Origin: Bacteroidota bacterium
GTDB taxonomy: Bacteria; Bacteroidota; Bacteroidia; Bacteroidales; GCA-2748055
NCBI GenBank assembly: GCA_039714655.1
Contig: JBDLIX010000001.1
Coordinates: 16,878-80,877 of the forward strand
Reading direction: 5' to 3'
DNA length: 64,000 nt
Part shown: positions 10,939-19,934 of the stretch, piece after piece
Layout of the letters: every line of letters begins with the position of its first letter
Numbering within the stretch: the first letter of the stretch is position 1
Position numbers and translations under genes: made by a program
The notes under the pieces: model-generated
Database searches by the model: none
What the model saw: only the letters and a program-made list of their open reading frames with translations
What the model was told of the DNA's origin: nothing

Positions 10939-11520
10939 TCACCTCCTGACATTGGCCTTTAAATAACAAATCCTGCAAAGTGGCTCATATATGTCTGTTT
11001 CACCCAACACAATCAGTTTATCTTCTTCAGATAGCCGGTGGGTATAATGTGCAAGATTCCCACATCTTACACAGATGGCATGCACCTTGGTTACATACTC
11101 TGCAATGGACATCAGCTTGGGCATTGGGCCAAAAGGTTTTCCCCTGTAATCCATATCCAGTCCGGCGATTATTACCCTTACACCGTTGTAAGCTAACTGA
11201 TTGCAAACCTCTACCAAACCATCATCAAAAAACTGAGCTTCATCGATCCCCACCACCTCTACCTCACTGGCTAGTAAAATGATATTGGCAGATGAATCGA
11301 CGGGAGTACTGTGGATGGCATTGTCATCGTGCGAAACCACCTCCTCCTCCGAATACCTGACTTCGATCTTTGGTTTGAAGATCTCAACACGCTGTTTTGC
11401 AAAGCGGGCCCTTCTCAATCGCCGTATTAGCTCTTCTGTCTTTCCTGAAAACATGGACCCGGTAATGACCTCAATCCAACCCTGCCCACTGGCTTTATCT
11501 ACCGTGTTTTCAAGAAACAT
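10939..11520 (-). CDS. tdk: Thymidine kinase
   Basis: 193 aa with the P-loop '[12 protein letters not shown]' and C-terminal zinc Cys pairs 'CVRCG...CRIC'. Confidence 0.93.
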   Translation of the reverse strand: MFLENTVDKASGQGWIEVITGSMFSGKTEELIRRLRRARFAKQRVEIFKPKIEVRYSEEEVVSHDDNAIHSTPVDSSANIILLASEVEVVGIDEAQFFDDGLVEVCNQLAYNGVRVIIAGLDMDYRGKPFGPMPKLMSIAEYVTKVHAICVRCGNLAHYTHRLSEEDKLIVLGETDIYEPLCRICYLKANVRR

Positions 11521-11575
11521 GATATAAGATTATAAGAAGATTATCGTTAGTTTTGTATGGACTCCAAACCTTAAT

Positions 11576-12289
11576 ATGCGAAATACCATGGAAATAAGAC
11601 ACACCATAGAAATCCTGACTAAAGATATACAAGATATAGAAAAATTGGTCGGGAACCTTCAAAATTCTCAGGATGGTTATGCCATCGAACTGGACCTTGC
11701 TCTCTCAAAGCTGAGGAACGTTTACGAGATCCTCATGATGATCAAAGCAGACAGACTACATGAGATACTCTCGCTTGATAAACTCTCCGAACCTCCTCCG
11801 GTCCCACAACCACAGCAAGCTCCTCAAACCATATCACAACCGGATCCAGAACCAATACCACCACCGGATCCAAAACCGGATCCACAAACGGCATCTCCAA
11901 GCCCCCAGCCTGCAGTGGAAAAAAAAACCGTCCCAGCAGATCCTGAGGATAAAAAGGAAGCCGAAATAGTTGCTGAGAAGTTCTCTGCCGAATCAAGTAT
12001 TAATGAGAACCTGGCCGGACAACGGGGGAGAGAAACAGACACCAAACTTATTGGACAGCCCATTGACAACATCGGTCGGAATATTGGCATCAACGATAGG
12101 TTCCTTATGATTCGTGAATTGTTTGATGGAGATGCAGATAGTTTTAGCAACCTGGTGAGCAGTCTCGAAGGATCCGGAAATTATCAGGAGGCATTCGGTC
12201 TACTGGAAAAACAATTCACCGGCTCCATGGAACATGAAGGTGTCGAGATCCTGTCGGGTCTGCTCAAACGAAGGTTTAGCCAGGATTAA
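11576..12289 (+). CDS. Hypothetical protein with a central Pro-rich linker
   Basis: 237 aa with an N-terminal helical region, a PxP-rich low-complexity core, and a C-terminal 'GINDRFLMIRELFDGD' domain. The other-frame ORFs here are low-complexity shadows. Confidence 0.5.
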   Translation: MRNTMEIRHTIEILTKDIQDIEKLVGNLQNSQDGYAIELDLALSKLRNVYEILMMIKADRLHEILSLDKLSEPPPVPQPQQAPQTISQPDPEPIPPPDPKPDPQTASPSPQPAVEKKTVPADPEDKKEAEIVAEKFSAESSINENLAGQRGRETDTKLIGQPIDNIGRNIGINDRFLMIRELFDGDADSFSNLVSSLEGSGNYQEAFGLLEKQFTGSMEHEGVEILSGLLKRRFSQD

Positions 12290-12290
12290 T

Positions 12291-12968
12291 ATGTCGAAGT
12301 TATACCTGGTACCCACCCCTATCGGAAACCTTGGTGACATTACCTTAAGGGCCCTTGAGGTATTGAAAGAGGTTGACCTGGTGCTGGCGGAGGATACACG
12401 GAAATCAGGAATTTTGTTAAAGCATTATCAGATCAGCAAACCGGTTCAATCACATCATAAATTCAATGAACACCGTACCCTGGAGACGCTTGTGCAACGC
12501 CTCAGGGGCGGAACTTCCATAGCGATCATATCAGATGCTGGCACGCCTGGTATCTCCGATCCAGGTTTCCTTCTGGTGAGGGCATGCATTGAACAGGGAG
12601 TACCGGTAGAAACCCTTCCGGGAGCGACTGCCTTTATCCCTGCACTTGTCAACTCAGGACTTCCCTGCGACAGGTTCATTTTTGAAGGTTTCTTACCCCA
12701 GAAAAAAGGGAGGCAAAAAAGATTATCAGAGCTTTCCAAGGAGAAACGGACGCTTGTTTTGTATGAATCTCCGTTCAGGCTTGGTAAAACACTCATCCAG
12801 TTGTCCGAACATTTCGGACCGGAGAGAAAAGCTTCGGTCTCCAGAGAACTCACAAAAATTCACGAGGAGACCATAAGGGGTACGCTGGAGGAGCTTATTC
12901 AACACTTCAGCAATCACACTGTAAAAGGTGAAATCGTTTTGATCGTTGAGGGCTTCAGTGGAAAGTAA
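12291..12968 (+). CDS. rsmI: 16S rRNA (cytidine1402-2'-O)-methyltransferase
   Basis: I moved the start to the ATG at 12291, two nt after the upstream stop. 'LYLVPTPIGNLGDITLRALEVLKEVDLVLAEDTR' is the RsmI N-terminal signature. Confidence 0.9.
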   Translation: MSKLYLVPTPIGNLGDITLRALEVLKEVDLVLAEDTRKSGILLKHYQISKPVQSHHKFNEHRTLETLVQRLRGGTSIAIISDAGTPGISDPGFLLVRACIEQGVPVETLPGATAFIPALVNSGLPCDRFIFEGFLPQKKGRQKRLSELSKEKRTLVLYESPFRLGKTLIQLSEHFGPERKASVSRELTKIHEETIRGTLEELIQHFSNHTVKGEIVLIVEGFSGK

Positions 12969-12969
12969 T

Positions 12970-13869
12970 CTAATATGGCCTCAGTCTGCCCGAACCAGTG
13001 ATCTGGGAACTGATGGTAGGTGCGCCCCGATAGATGATATCCCCAGATCCGGTAATAGTCGCATCCAGGAGTTCAGCAGCCCATAAAAAGATTTTTCCAG
13101 ACCCTGTATGTGTGGCGTCCACATCATCAGCCAGAAGTTCAAGCCCATCAAGTATTCCGGATGAAGTGAGGGTATAATCAGCAATAGACACATCTCCATC
13201 CAAATCGATCCTTCCCGACCCACTCAGAATTGCATTAACAACTGTGCCATCAGTGATGGAAGCTCTCACCCGGCCCGAAGCACTATGACTTATGGTCACT
13301 TCACTGGATCCAAATACAGTACCACCATCTATGGTACCTGAACCCGACTGCCAGATACTTAGCTCATTCACACCAGATTCAATGACTTCTACAAAACCCG
13401 AACCCGTGTTACTAAGGATAGCGTTATGAGCATTGACCGCCTCGATACTTATGTGTCCCGATCCGGTATTGGAGCACTCAAAAACCGGAGTCTCGGCCAC
13501 ATCCGCAATTACTTTCCCCGACCCTGTAAGTAATAAAGCTTCCAGCTCTGGAAGAGAAACATAAACCTCCACAGGAGAGTTAGATCTGTAACAGCTCCCA
13601 TTCACTAGTTCAACCATCAGGGTATTTCCCGAAACATAAGTTTCAACAATGGGAATCAGATTCTCTTGCGCCACTACTTCCACATAAAAATCATCCGATT
13701 GCGTCACGTAGACATCAAAGGAACCATTGTTGCTTATCCCTGTAAAACCATCCACTGTGCGTATCTCTTCAACAACAGGACCTGCACCATCCAGGCATGG
13801 CCCAAAATAATAACAACCCGTATAAGCCAACATCGATATCAGTACTCCTGTGATATATAGTTTATTCAT
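12970..13869 (-). CDS. DUF2807 / head-GIN-domain (putative adhesin-like beta-helix) protein
   Basis: 299 aa with a signal peptide and many periodic 'GSG' turn motifs (GSGKV, GSGHI, GSGFV, GSGTI, GSGRI, GSGKI, GSGDI, GSGRL). Confidence 0.7.
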   Translation of the reverse strand: MNKLYITGVLISMLAYTGCYYFGPCLDGAGPVVEEIRTVDGFTGISNNGSFDVYVTQSDDFYVEVVAQENLIPIVETYVSGNTLMVELVNGSCYRSNSPVEVYVSLPELEALLLTGSGKVIADVAETPVFECSNTGSGHISIEAVNAHNAILSNTGSGFVEVIESGVNELSIWQSGSGTIDGGTVFGSSEVTISHSASGRVRASITDGTVVNAILSGSGRIDLDGDVSIADYTLTSSGILDGLELLADDVDATHTGSGKIFLWAAELLDATITGSGDIIYRGAPTISSQITGSGRLRPY

Positions 13870-14002
13870 GATTTCAAAATTAAATTAAACCAAACCACCT
13901 TTTCTCAGTCATAAAGACAAATTTAAAAACCAAAAGATGCATCAGCAGGTTCAAAAAACAGGTTGCCGAAAGGAGATGGTATTAACAGAAGCTCATCCCA
14001 AA

Positions 14003-14040
14003 GTACGTTTTCGAACACTCATGTTTCGCTTTCGTTCAGA
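14003..14040 (+). promoter_or_regulatory. ECF-sigma-type promoter-like block, copy 1 (GAAC-N16-CGTTC)
   Basis: 'gtacgttttcGAACactc...CGTTCaga'. By hand alignment 33 of 38 nt match the block at 14666-14703, including an 18-nt perfect run. It lies about 120 nt upstream of the ATG at 14162. Confidence 0.35.
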
Positions 14041-14161
14041 TTTATCACATCTTAACAAATGAAAGATAGGCTGCCATCTATCTGTTTCACTGTTTTTTAC
14101 GAAGTTTGGTACGGGTTATGTAAAATATATATTAAATCGTGAATACGACATACGCAAGATC

Positions 14162-14584
14162 ATGAAAACAACAAAATTAGTTCTAAGCATCACACTGGTT
14201 GCACTGGCAACTGCCGCTATCGGACAACGTACCTTTGTTTTAGAACGGTTGTTCCCCGACCGAGATCATCAGGAGGTAATTCTCACTTCAGAAAATCAGA
14301 CTGAATGCAGTCGTGTTGAATTCTGGATTCACAACCTTCAAGGTAAGTCAAGCAAAAAAGTCACCTGGGATGTTTATGAAACTCCTACGGTAACCCAAAC
14401 CTTTTTCGTTGAACAGGTCGAGGTCATTTATGAAGAAGAGGTTGGTCTGGAAAGCTGGATGAGTAGTCCCTTCGAAAGCAGTTTCGCAGAAGAGGATATA
14501 ATACTTGAATCATGGATGACCATCCCTTTCAACGAACCTGAGGTTATGGAGATCGAAGAGTGGATGACCACAGTCTGGTTCTGA
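14162..14584 (+). CDS. Secreted acidic E-x-W-M repeat protein, paralog 1 (unknown family)
   Basis: 140 aa with the signal peptide MKTTKLVLSITLVALATAAIGQ. Motifs present are EFWI, LESWMSSPF, LESWMTIPF and EEWMTTVWF at the C-terminus. It is followed by its own intrinsic terminator. Confidence 0.65.
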   Translation: MKTTKLVLSITLVALATAAIGQRTFVLERLFPDRDHQEVILTSENQTECSRVEFWIHNLQGKSSKKVTWDVYETPTVTQTFFVEQVEVIYEEEVGLESWMSSPFESSFAEEDIILESWMTIPFNEPEVMEIEEWMTTVWF

Positions 14585-14622
14585 TTCCATCCAGGAACGC
14601 ATGTTCCTGCCACACTTTTAAA

Positions 14623-14653
14623 AGGCCATCTCAATTGAGGTGGCCTCTTTTTT
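14623..14653 (+). terminator. Intrinsic terminator after paralog 1
   Basis: 10-bp stem 'aggccatctc/gaggtggcct' (one G-U pair), a 4-nt loop 'aatt', then 'cTTTTTT'. Confidence 0.8.
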
Positions 14654-14665
14654 CAACATCTCGGT

Positions 14666-14703
14666 GTACGTTTTCGAACACTCCTGTTACACTAACGTTC
14701 AGA
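14666..14703 (+). promoter_or_regulatory. ECF-sigma-type promoter-like block, copy 2 (GAAC-N16-CGTTC)
   Basis: It has the same 18-mer 'gtacgttttcgaacactc' and 'cgttcaga' with identical 16-nt spacing. It lies about 120 nt upstream of the ATG at 14827. Confidence 0.35.
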
Positions 14704-14826
14704 AATAAGATATTTTAACAATTGTTAAATTAAATGCTTAATGATTGATATTATGCGCTTTATGGAGTTTGGCATGAATTATGATAATTGGTGAGGGAAC
14801 ATTGAAACTGAGAAAACGCAAGAGTC

Positions 14827-15327
14827 ATGAAAACAACAAAATTAATCTTAAGCATCGCACTGGTTGCACTGGCGACTACCTCTTTTGGACAACTCTCATC
14901 TAATAAAGAGAGGTCGTTCAACAAGCAAAACCATAAAGTTAAATATCTTACTACAGATTATTGCAGCAAAGAGAGTAGCCGGATTGAAAGCTGGATGCAC
15001 GATCTTCGCAGCTGGTCAAACAACAGGGCTTACAGGAACACATACATTGCCCCCGTTGTAACCAGAACCATTAGAATAGAACAAGCTGATGTTCTATATG
15101 AAGAAGACCTTGGACTGGAAAACTGGATGACCACCCCCTTCGAATGCTGTGTTAATGATGAAAGCGGATTTGCCGAAGAAGAGCTCAGCATGGAGATCTG
15201 GATGATTACTCCCTTTGAAAGCTCCAATTTTGAGGAGGAACTGATCCTTGAATCATGGATGACCACCCCTTTCCTAGGCACTGAAGCAATGGAAGTAGAA
15301 GAATGGATGACCACAGTCTGGATCTAG
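14827..15327 (+). CDS. Secreted acidic E-x-W-M repeat protein, paralog 2 (unknown family)
   Basis: 166 aa. Its signal peptide is nearly identical to paralog 1 at the nucleotide level. Motifs present are IESWMHDL, LENWMTTPF, MEIWMITPF, LESWMTTPF and EEWMTTVWI at the C-terminus. Confidence 0.65.
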   Translation: MKTTKLILSIALVALATTSFGQLSSNKERSFNKQNHKVKYLTTDYCSKESSRIESWMHDLRSWSNNRAYRNTYIAPVVTRTIRIEQADVLYEEDLGLENWMTTPFECCVNDESGFAEEELSMEIWMITPFESSNFEEELILESWMTTPFLGTEAMEVEEWMTTVWI

Positions 15328-15364
15328 TTCTATTCCAGCGCTTGCGTACACTATATAATCAAAA

Positions 15365-15389
15365 GGCCGCCTTTGCGCGGTCTTTTTTT
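15365..15389 (+). terminator. Intrinsic terminator after paralog 2
   Basis: Stem 'ggccgc/gcggtc' (one G-U pair) with a 6-nt loop, followed by a run of 7 T. Confidence 0.7.
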
Positions 15390-15473
15390 ATTCTCTTCCA
15401 AATGCAAGCCTGCAATGAGTCACGAAGTGGCGATTTCGTTTCTTTGTTCTTTTCTCGAATGAATATTTAAAAC

Positions 15474-17012
15474 CTAGAACGGCGCTGGTTCATCAAAACC
15501 GTTGTTCATTCCAATATCGTTATTCAAGACCTTACCCCCTCCCTCTTCCTGGTTCATCTTCGAGCCAACAATAAATCCGTTCTCATCATCTTCCACCATG
15601 GCCAGCGTATCATCCAGATCCACAAACTTGGCATACTCCCTTATAAACTTCAATTGAACATCTCCCACCGGGCCGTTCCTGTGCTTGGAGACAATGATCT
15701 CGGCAATCCCCTTCAGTGAATTTCCCTCTTCATCCACATCGATACCATAGTATTCGGGACGGTGAATAAATATTACCAGGTCGGCATCCTGTTCGATAGC
15801 CCCCGATTCTCTAAGGTCAGACAATTGCGGTCGTTTGTTCCCGGAGCGCATTTCCACACTACGATTAAGCTGGGAGAGGGCAATGATGGGTATGTCAAGC
15901 TCTTTGGCTACACTTTTCAGTGACCTTGAAATGTTACTCACCTCCTGCTCCCGGCTGCCGGAATCCTTGGAGCCGGTCATCAGCTGCAGGTAGTCAATCA
16001 CCACAGCCTGGATGTCATATTTTTGTTTCAAACGACGGGCTTTAGCCCTGAATTCAAAAATGGAAATGGCGGGGGTATCATCAACGTAGATGGGAGCCTT
16101 CTCAAGGTCCTTAATCTTATATTCAAGTTGTTCCCACTCATAATTTTCCAGTCTCCCGGTCCGGATCTTGTCAGAAGCCAGATGGGTCTCCCCGATAATC
16201 AAACGGTTGACTAGCTGGATGGAAGACATTTCAAGTGAAAAGAATGCCACAGGCCGGCTGTGATCCACAGCCATATTCCTGGCCATTGATAGTACAAAGG
16301 CAGTTTTCCCCATGGAAGGACGGGCAGCCAGAATAATCAGGTCCGATTTCTGCCATCCCGAAGTGAGCCGGTCAAGCCGCGTATAACCCGAGGGTACACC
16401 GCTCAGGCTATCCTTGCGTTTCCCTGCTTCTTCAATCTGTTCGATAGCTGTTTTAAGCAGGTTGCCAAGCTTTACAGTCTCCTTTTTTATATGTCCTTCC
16501 GCAATATTCAGCAACTCCCTTTCGGAATAATCCAGAAGATCATCCACATCTGTACCTTCATCAAAAGCCCGTTCCTGGATATCTGAAGATACCCTTATGA
16601 GCTCCCGCTGGATGTGTTTCTGAGCCACAATCCGGGCATGGTATTCAAGGTGGGCGGCCGAACCTACCCTGGAGGTAAGCTGAGAAATATAAACAGCCCC
16701 TCCTACTACCTCAAGTTTCTCCAGTTTCCGAAGTTCCTCTGTAACCGTTAAAAGGTCTATGGGCTTCTCCTGCTGGGAAAGAGACTGGGCCACTTCATAA
16801 ATCTGTTGGTGCGCCTCCTTATAGAAACTGCTGGGTTCAACGATGTCCAACACTGAAAGGATGGCATCCTTTTCAAGCATGATTGCTCCCAGTACGGCCT
16901 CCTCCAGGTCCATTGCCTGGGGTGGGATTTTTCCGTAATCAAGAGCTATGGCTGGATTCTTTTTCGGGGTACTGACCTGTTGTTTTGCCATGTAGAATTT
17001 ATTTGGGCTCAT
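15474..17012 (-). CDS. dnaB: Replicative DNA helicase
   Basis: 512 aa with Walker A 'ARPSMGKTAF' and 'IPIIALSQLNR', plus a DnaB N-terminal domain. Confidence 0.93.
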   Translation of the reverse strand: MSPNKFYMAKQQVSTPKKNPAIALDYGKIPPQAMDLEEAVLGAIMLEKDAILSVLDIVEPSSFYKEAHQQIYEVAQSLSQQEKPIDLLTVTEELRKLEKLEVVGGAVYISQLTSRVGSAAHLEYHARIVAQKHIQRELIRVSSDIQERAFDEGTDVDDLLDYSERELLNIAEGHIKKETVKLGNLLKTAIEQIEEAGKRKDSLSGVPSGYTRLDRLTSGWQKSDLIILAARPSMGKTAFVLSMARNMAVDHSRPVAFFSLEMSSIQLVNRLIIGETHLASDKIRTGRLENYEWEQLEYKIKDLEKAPIYVDDTPAISIFEFRAKARRLKQKYDIQAVVIDYLQLMTGSKDSGSREQEVSNISRSLKSVAKELDIPIIALSQLNRSVEMRSGNKRPQLSDLRESGAIEQDADLVIFIHRPEYYGIDVDEEGNSLKGIAEIIVSKHRNGPVGDVQLKFIREYAKFVDLDDTLAMVEDDENGFIVGSKMNQEEGGGKVLNNDIGMNNGFDEPAPF

Positions 17013-17121
17013 AAAGGTAAGAATCCACTCCTACCCTGACTTTTGCTGTTTAGTTTTCTTATACACACTACCACCAAAGTTTTAATTAACAAATGTTGAA
17101 AAAACAATATCTTTATAACCA

Positions 17122-17961
17122 ATGATACTTTTCTCACCTGCCAAGATCAATATTGGACTTCAGATTATTGAACGCCGGGGGGATGGTTTCCACAACTTAC
17201 AATCGATCATGTATCCAGTGGGATTGTGTGACATCCTTGAAATCAGAAGATCGCCGGATGGAGGTGAAAGCATGAGATTCAGTCAGTCAGGAATCCAGAT
17301 CGACTCCCCCAACAACAAAAACCTGTGCATCAAGGCCTGGGAACTGTTTACAAAAGAGTTATCTCTTCCAGCAGTTGATTTGCATCTCCACAAACAGATC
17401 CCGGTGGGTGCCGGTCTGGGTGGAGGATCGTCCAATGCATCTGTCACTCTGAAAGGTCTGAACAGGCTGGTTGGGAATCCCCTTCCGCTAGAAATGCTAC
17501 ATGAGCTGGCCGCCACTCTGGGAAGTGATTGCCCCTTTTTCCTTCAAGAAAATCCCATGATGATGGAAGGAAGGGGAGATATTCTAAGCAGTGTATCGCT
17601 CTGTCTGGATCACCTCTATCTGGTCTTGCTTTTTCCAGAGGTCCATATCTCAACGGCTGAAGCGTATGCCGGAGTGATACCTGCTGTACATGACGGTCAT
17701 CTCCGGGAGGTGATCAGAGAGCCCATGGATCGATGGAAAGAGTTAGTGATCAACGACTTCGAATATTCAATATTTGATAGACACCCTGAAATTGACCAGC
17801 TAAAGCAGGATCTGTATCGTGCAGGTGCTCTGTATGCTTCATTAAGTGGAAGTGGCTCCTCACTGTATGGAATTTTCCCGGAATCCCCGGATCTACCTGA
17901 AAATTTGGAGCGCTACGTGATATGGAGAGGGGCCGCAGTTAGTGGGGACGAAACTAGCTAA
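17122..17961 (+). CDS. ispE: 4-diphosphocytidyl-2-C-methyl-D-erythritol kinase
   Basis: 279 aa with 'APAKINIGL'-like 'SPAKINIGLQI' and the GHMP kinase motif 'PVGAGLGGGSSNAS'. Confidence 0.9.
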   Translation: MILFSPAKINIGLQIIERRGDGFHNLQSIMYPVGLCDILEIRRSPDGGESMRFSQSGIQIDSPNNKNLCIKAWELFTKELSLPAVDLHLHKQIPVGAGLGGGSSNASVTLKGLNRLVGNPLPLEMLHELAATLGSDCPFFLQENPMMMEGRGDILSSVSLCLDHLYLVLLFPEVHISTAEAYAGVIPAVHDGHLREVIREPMDRWKELVINDFEYSIFDRHPEIDQLKQDLYRAGALYASLSGSGSSLYGIFPESPDLPENLERYVIWRGAAVSGDETS

Positions 17962-18313
17962 ACTCCACTAAAAGTTGTGACTTGGCAACCTGTTCGCCTT
18001 CAGAAATATAGATTTTCTTAATCACTCCATCAATGGGTGAAAGCACCTTGTTCTCCATTTTCATGGCTTCCAGGATCAGTAGTGGAGTTCCCTGGGTTAC
18101 CTCCGTACCCTCCTTGACCATAATTTTCTTGATATTGCCCGGAATAACTGACTCCACCCTGTTCTCATCGGGCCGGCTCCATGTTTTCCTGTTCCTGAAC
18201 TTGGTGTTAAGCCTGGTCTGGTAAGTGGCATCTCCAATCACCAATTCCTCCATGGGAGGACTGGCAACGGATTTCTTCTTTAGAAAGTTTTCTTTATTGC
18301 TCATAATCAACAA
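17954..18313 (-). CDS. Biotin carboxyl carrier (biotinyl/lipoyl domain) subunit
   Basis: 119 aa with the biotinylation motif 'LEAMKMEN'. Its start abuts the stop of the upstream carboxyltransferase. Confidence 0.8.
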   Translation of the reverse strand: MLIMSNKENFLKKKSVASPPMEELVIGDATYQTRLNTKFRNRKTWSRPDENRVESVIPGNIKKIMVKEGTEVTQGTPLLILEAMKMENKVLSPIDGVIKKIYISEGEQVAKSQLLVEFS

Positions 18314-19858
18314 TTAAAAAGGTGGAATGCCATGTTTCTTGGCGGGCATCCCCACACTTTTTTCCCCGGATACTTCAAGCGCATGCAACAACGACTTCCT
18401 GGTCTCCCAGGGTTCAATAACCGAATCGATGTACCCTTTTGCTGCCGCTACATAGGGATTGGCAAATTTTTCTTTGTACTCCTGGACCTTCTGTTTTCGC
18501 ATCTTTTCAGGATCTTCAGCCGAAGCGATCTCCTTTCGGAAAATAATATTGGTCGCCCCTTCGGGTCCCATGACTGCCACCTCAGCATCGGGCCAGGCGA
18601 AAACAAAGTCAGCCCTCAGGTGCCGTGAATTCATAGCAATGTACCCTCCTCCATAAGCCTTACGCAAGATCAGTGTTATCTTGGGTACTGTTGCCTCACT
18701 ATAAGCGTACAATACCTTTGCACCATGTCTGATTACTCCGGCATGCTCCTGGTCAACACCAGGCAGATATCCGGGCAGGTCAACAAAAGTGACAATGGGG
18801 ATATTAAAAGCATCACAGTAGCGAATAAATCTACCTGACTTGTCGGACGAATCCACATCCAGCACACCCGCCAGAATTAAGGGTTGGTTGGCTACAAAAC
18901 CAACTGTACGTCCCGCCATGGTCCCAAATCCAATGATTATGTTTGCAGCCCAACTCTCCTGGATCTCGAAGAAATCAGATCCGTCGGTGACAGCCCTGAT
19001 TACGTTGCGAACATCGTAAGGTTGCTTTTTATCGGCAGGGACGATATTTGAGATATTATATTTTTTATGAGGCTCCTTCAACTCCTTCCTGACTGGCACA
19101 TCCGTATTTGACCAGGGAAGATAGCTGAGTAAAGATTTTATCTGTTCAAAACATTCATCCTCGGTCTCTGAAAAGAAATGGGCATTCCCGGTGACTTCGC
19201 TATGCACCTTGGCACCACCCAACTCCTCCATGGAAATATCTTCTCCAAGTACTGTTTTGATTACCTCGGGTCCTGTGATGAACATCTTGGAAATATTCTC
19301 CACAACAAATACAAAATCGGTCAGTGCCGGAGAATATACCGCACCTCCTGCACAAGGCCCCAGGATCACCGAAATCTGCGGGATCACGCCCGATGCCAGG
19401 GTATTCCTAAAAAAGATCTCCCCGTATCCTGCAAGGGAGTTGACCCCCTCCTGGATCCGTGCTCCACCAGAATCGTTGATTCCAATCAGAGGCATCCTCA
19501 TTTTTAACGAGTGATCCATGATCTTGGTGATCTTTCTGGCATGCATGTTGCCAAGCGAACCACCCGCAACGGTAAAGTCCTGAGCAAAAATACATACCGG
19601 TCTGCCACCAATGGTTCCGGTACCCGTGATCACACCATCACCATGCAGGGTTTTCTGGTCCATCCCAAAATCCCTGGCTTCATGTTCCACAAAGAGATCA
19701 TATTCATTAAATGATCCTTCATCCAGAAGCTTCACAATACGTTCCCGGGCAGTCATTTTTCCCATGGCAACTTGCCTTTGGATGGCTTTTTCACCACCAC
19801 CCTGCTGTACTTCTTTCCTGCGCTTTTTGAGTTCCTGAACCTTTTTCTTGGAGGCCAT
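18314..19858 (-). CDS. Methylmalonyl-CoA / propionyl-CoA carboxyltransferase (acyl-CoA carboxylase beta family)
   Basis: 514 aa with both carboxyltransferase halves ('FAQDFTVAGGSLG', 'ANQPLILAGVLD'). Confidence 0.9.
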   Translation of the reverse strand: MASKKKVQELKKRRKEVQQGGGEKAIQRQVAMGKMTARERIVKLLDEGSFNEYDLFVEHEARDFGMDQKTLHGDGVITGTGTIGGRPVCIFAQDFTVAGGSLGNMHARKITKIMDHSLKMRMPLIGINDSGGARIQEGVNSLAGYGEIFFRNTLASGVIPQISVILGPCAGGAVYSPALTDFVFVVENISKMFITGPEVIKTVLGEDISMEELGGAKVHSEVTGNAHFFSETEDECFEQIKSLLSYLPWSNTDVPVRKELKEPHKKYNISNIVPADKKQPYDVRNVIRAVTDGSDFFEIQESWAANIIIGFGTMAGRTVGFVANQPLILAGVLDVDSSDKSGRFIRYCDAFNIPIVTFVDLPGYLPGVDQEHAGVIRHGAKVLYAYSEATVPKITLILRKAYGGGYIAMNSRHLRADFVFAWPDAEVAVMGPEGATNIIFRKEIASAEDPEKMRKQKVQEYKEKFANPYVAAAKGYIDSVIEPWETRKSLLHALEVSGEKSVGMPAKKHGIPPF

Positions 19859-19934
19859 TGGTAATTGGATTTGATTTAAGGGTACAATCTTACGAAAAAC
19901 AAAGTTGTTAGAAAAACGGTTTTAAAATATTTTC

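Noticed and set aside
11742-12150. Several ORFs on both strands overlapping the Pro-rich region of 11576-12289
   Set aside because: Low-complexity CCN/GGN repeats keep several frames open. Only the 237-aa frame has structured N- and C-terminal domains.
14103-14122. Sigma-54-like -24/-12 element (TGGTACG-N4-ATGT; second copy TGGCATG-N4-ATGA at 14766-14785) upstream of the repeat-protein genes
   Set aside because: GG-N10 is present and the block is conserved between the paralogs. However, the diagnostic -12 'GC' is GT/GA and the T of TTGC is A in both copies, and no enhancer-binding protein is nearby. I kept it only as a conserved leader block of unknown role.
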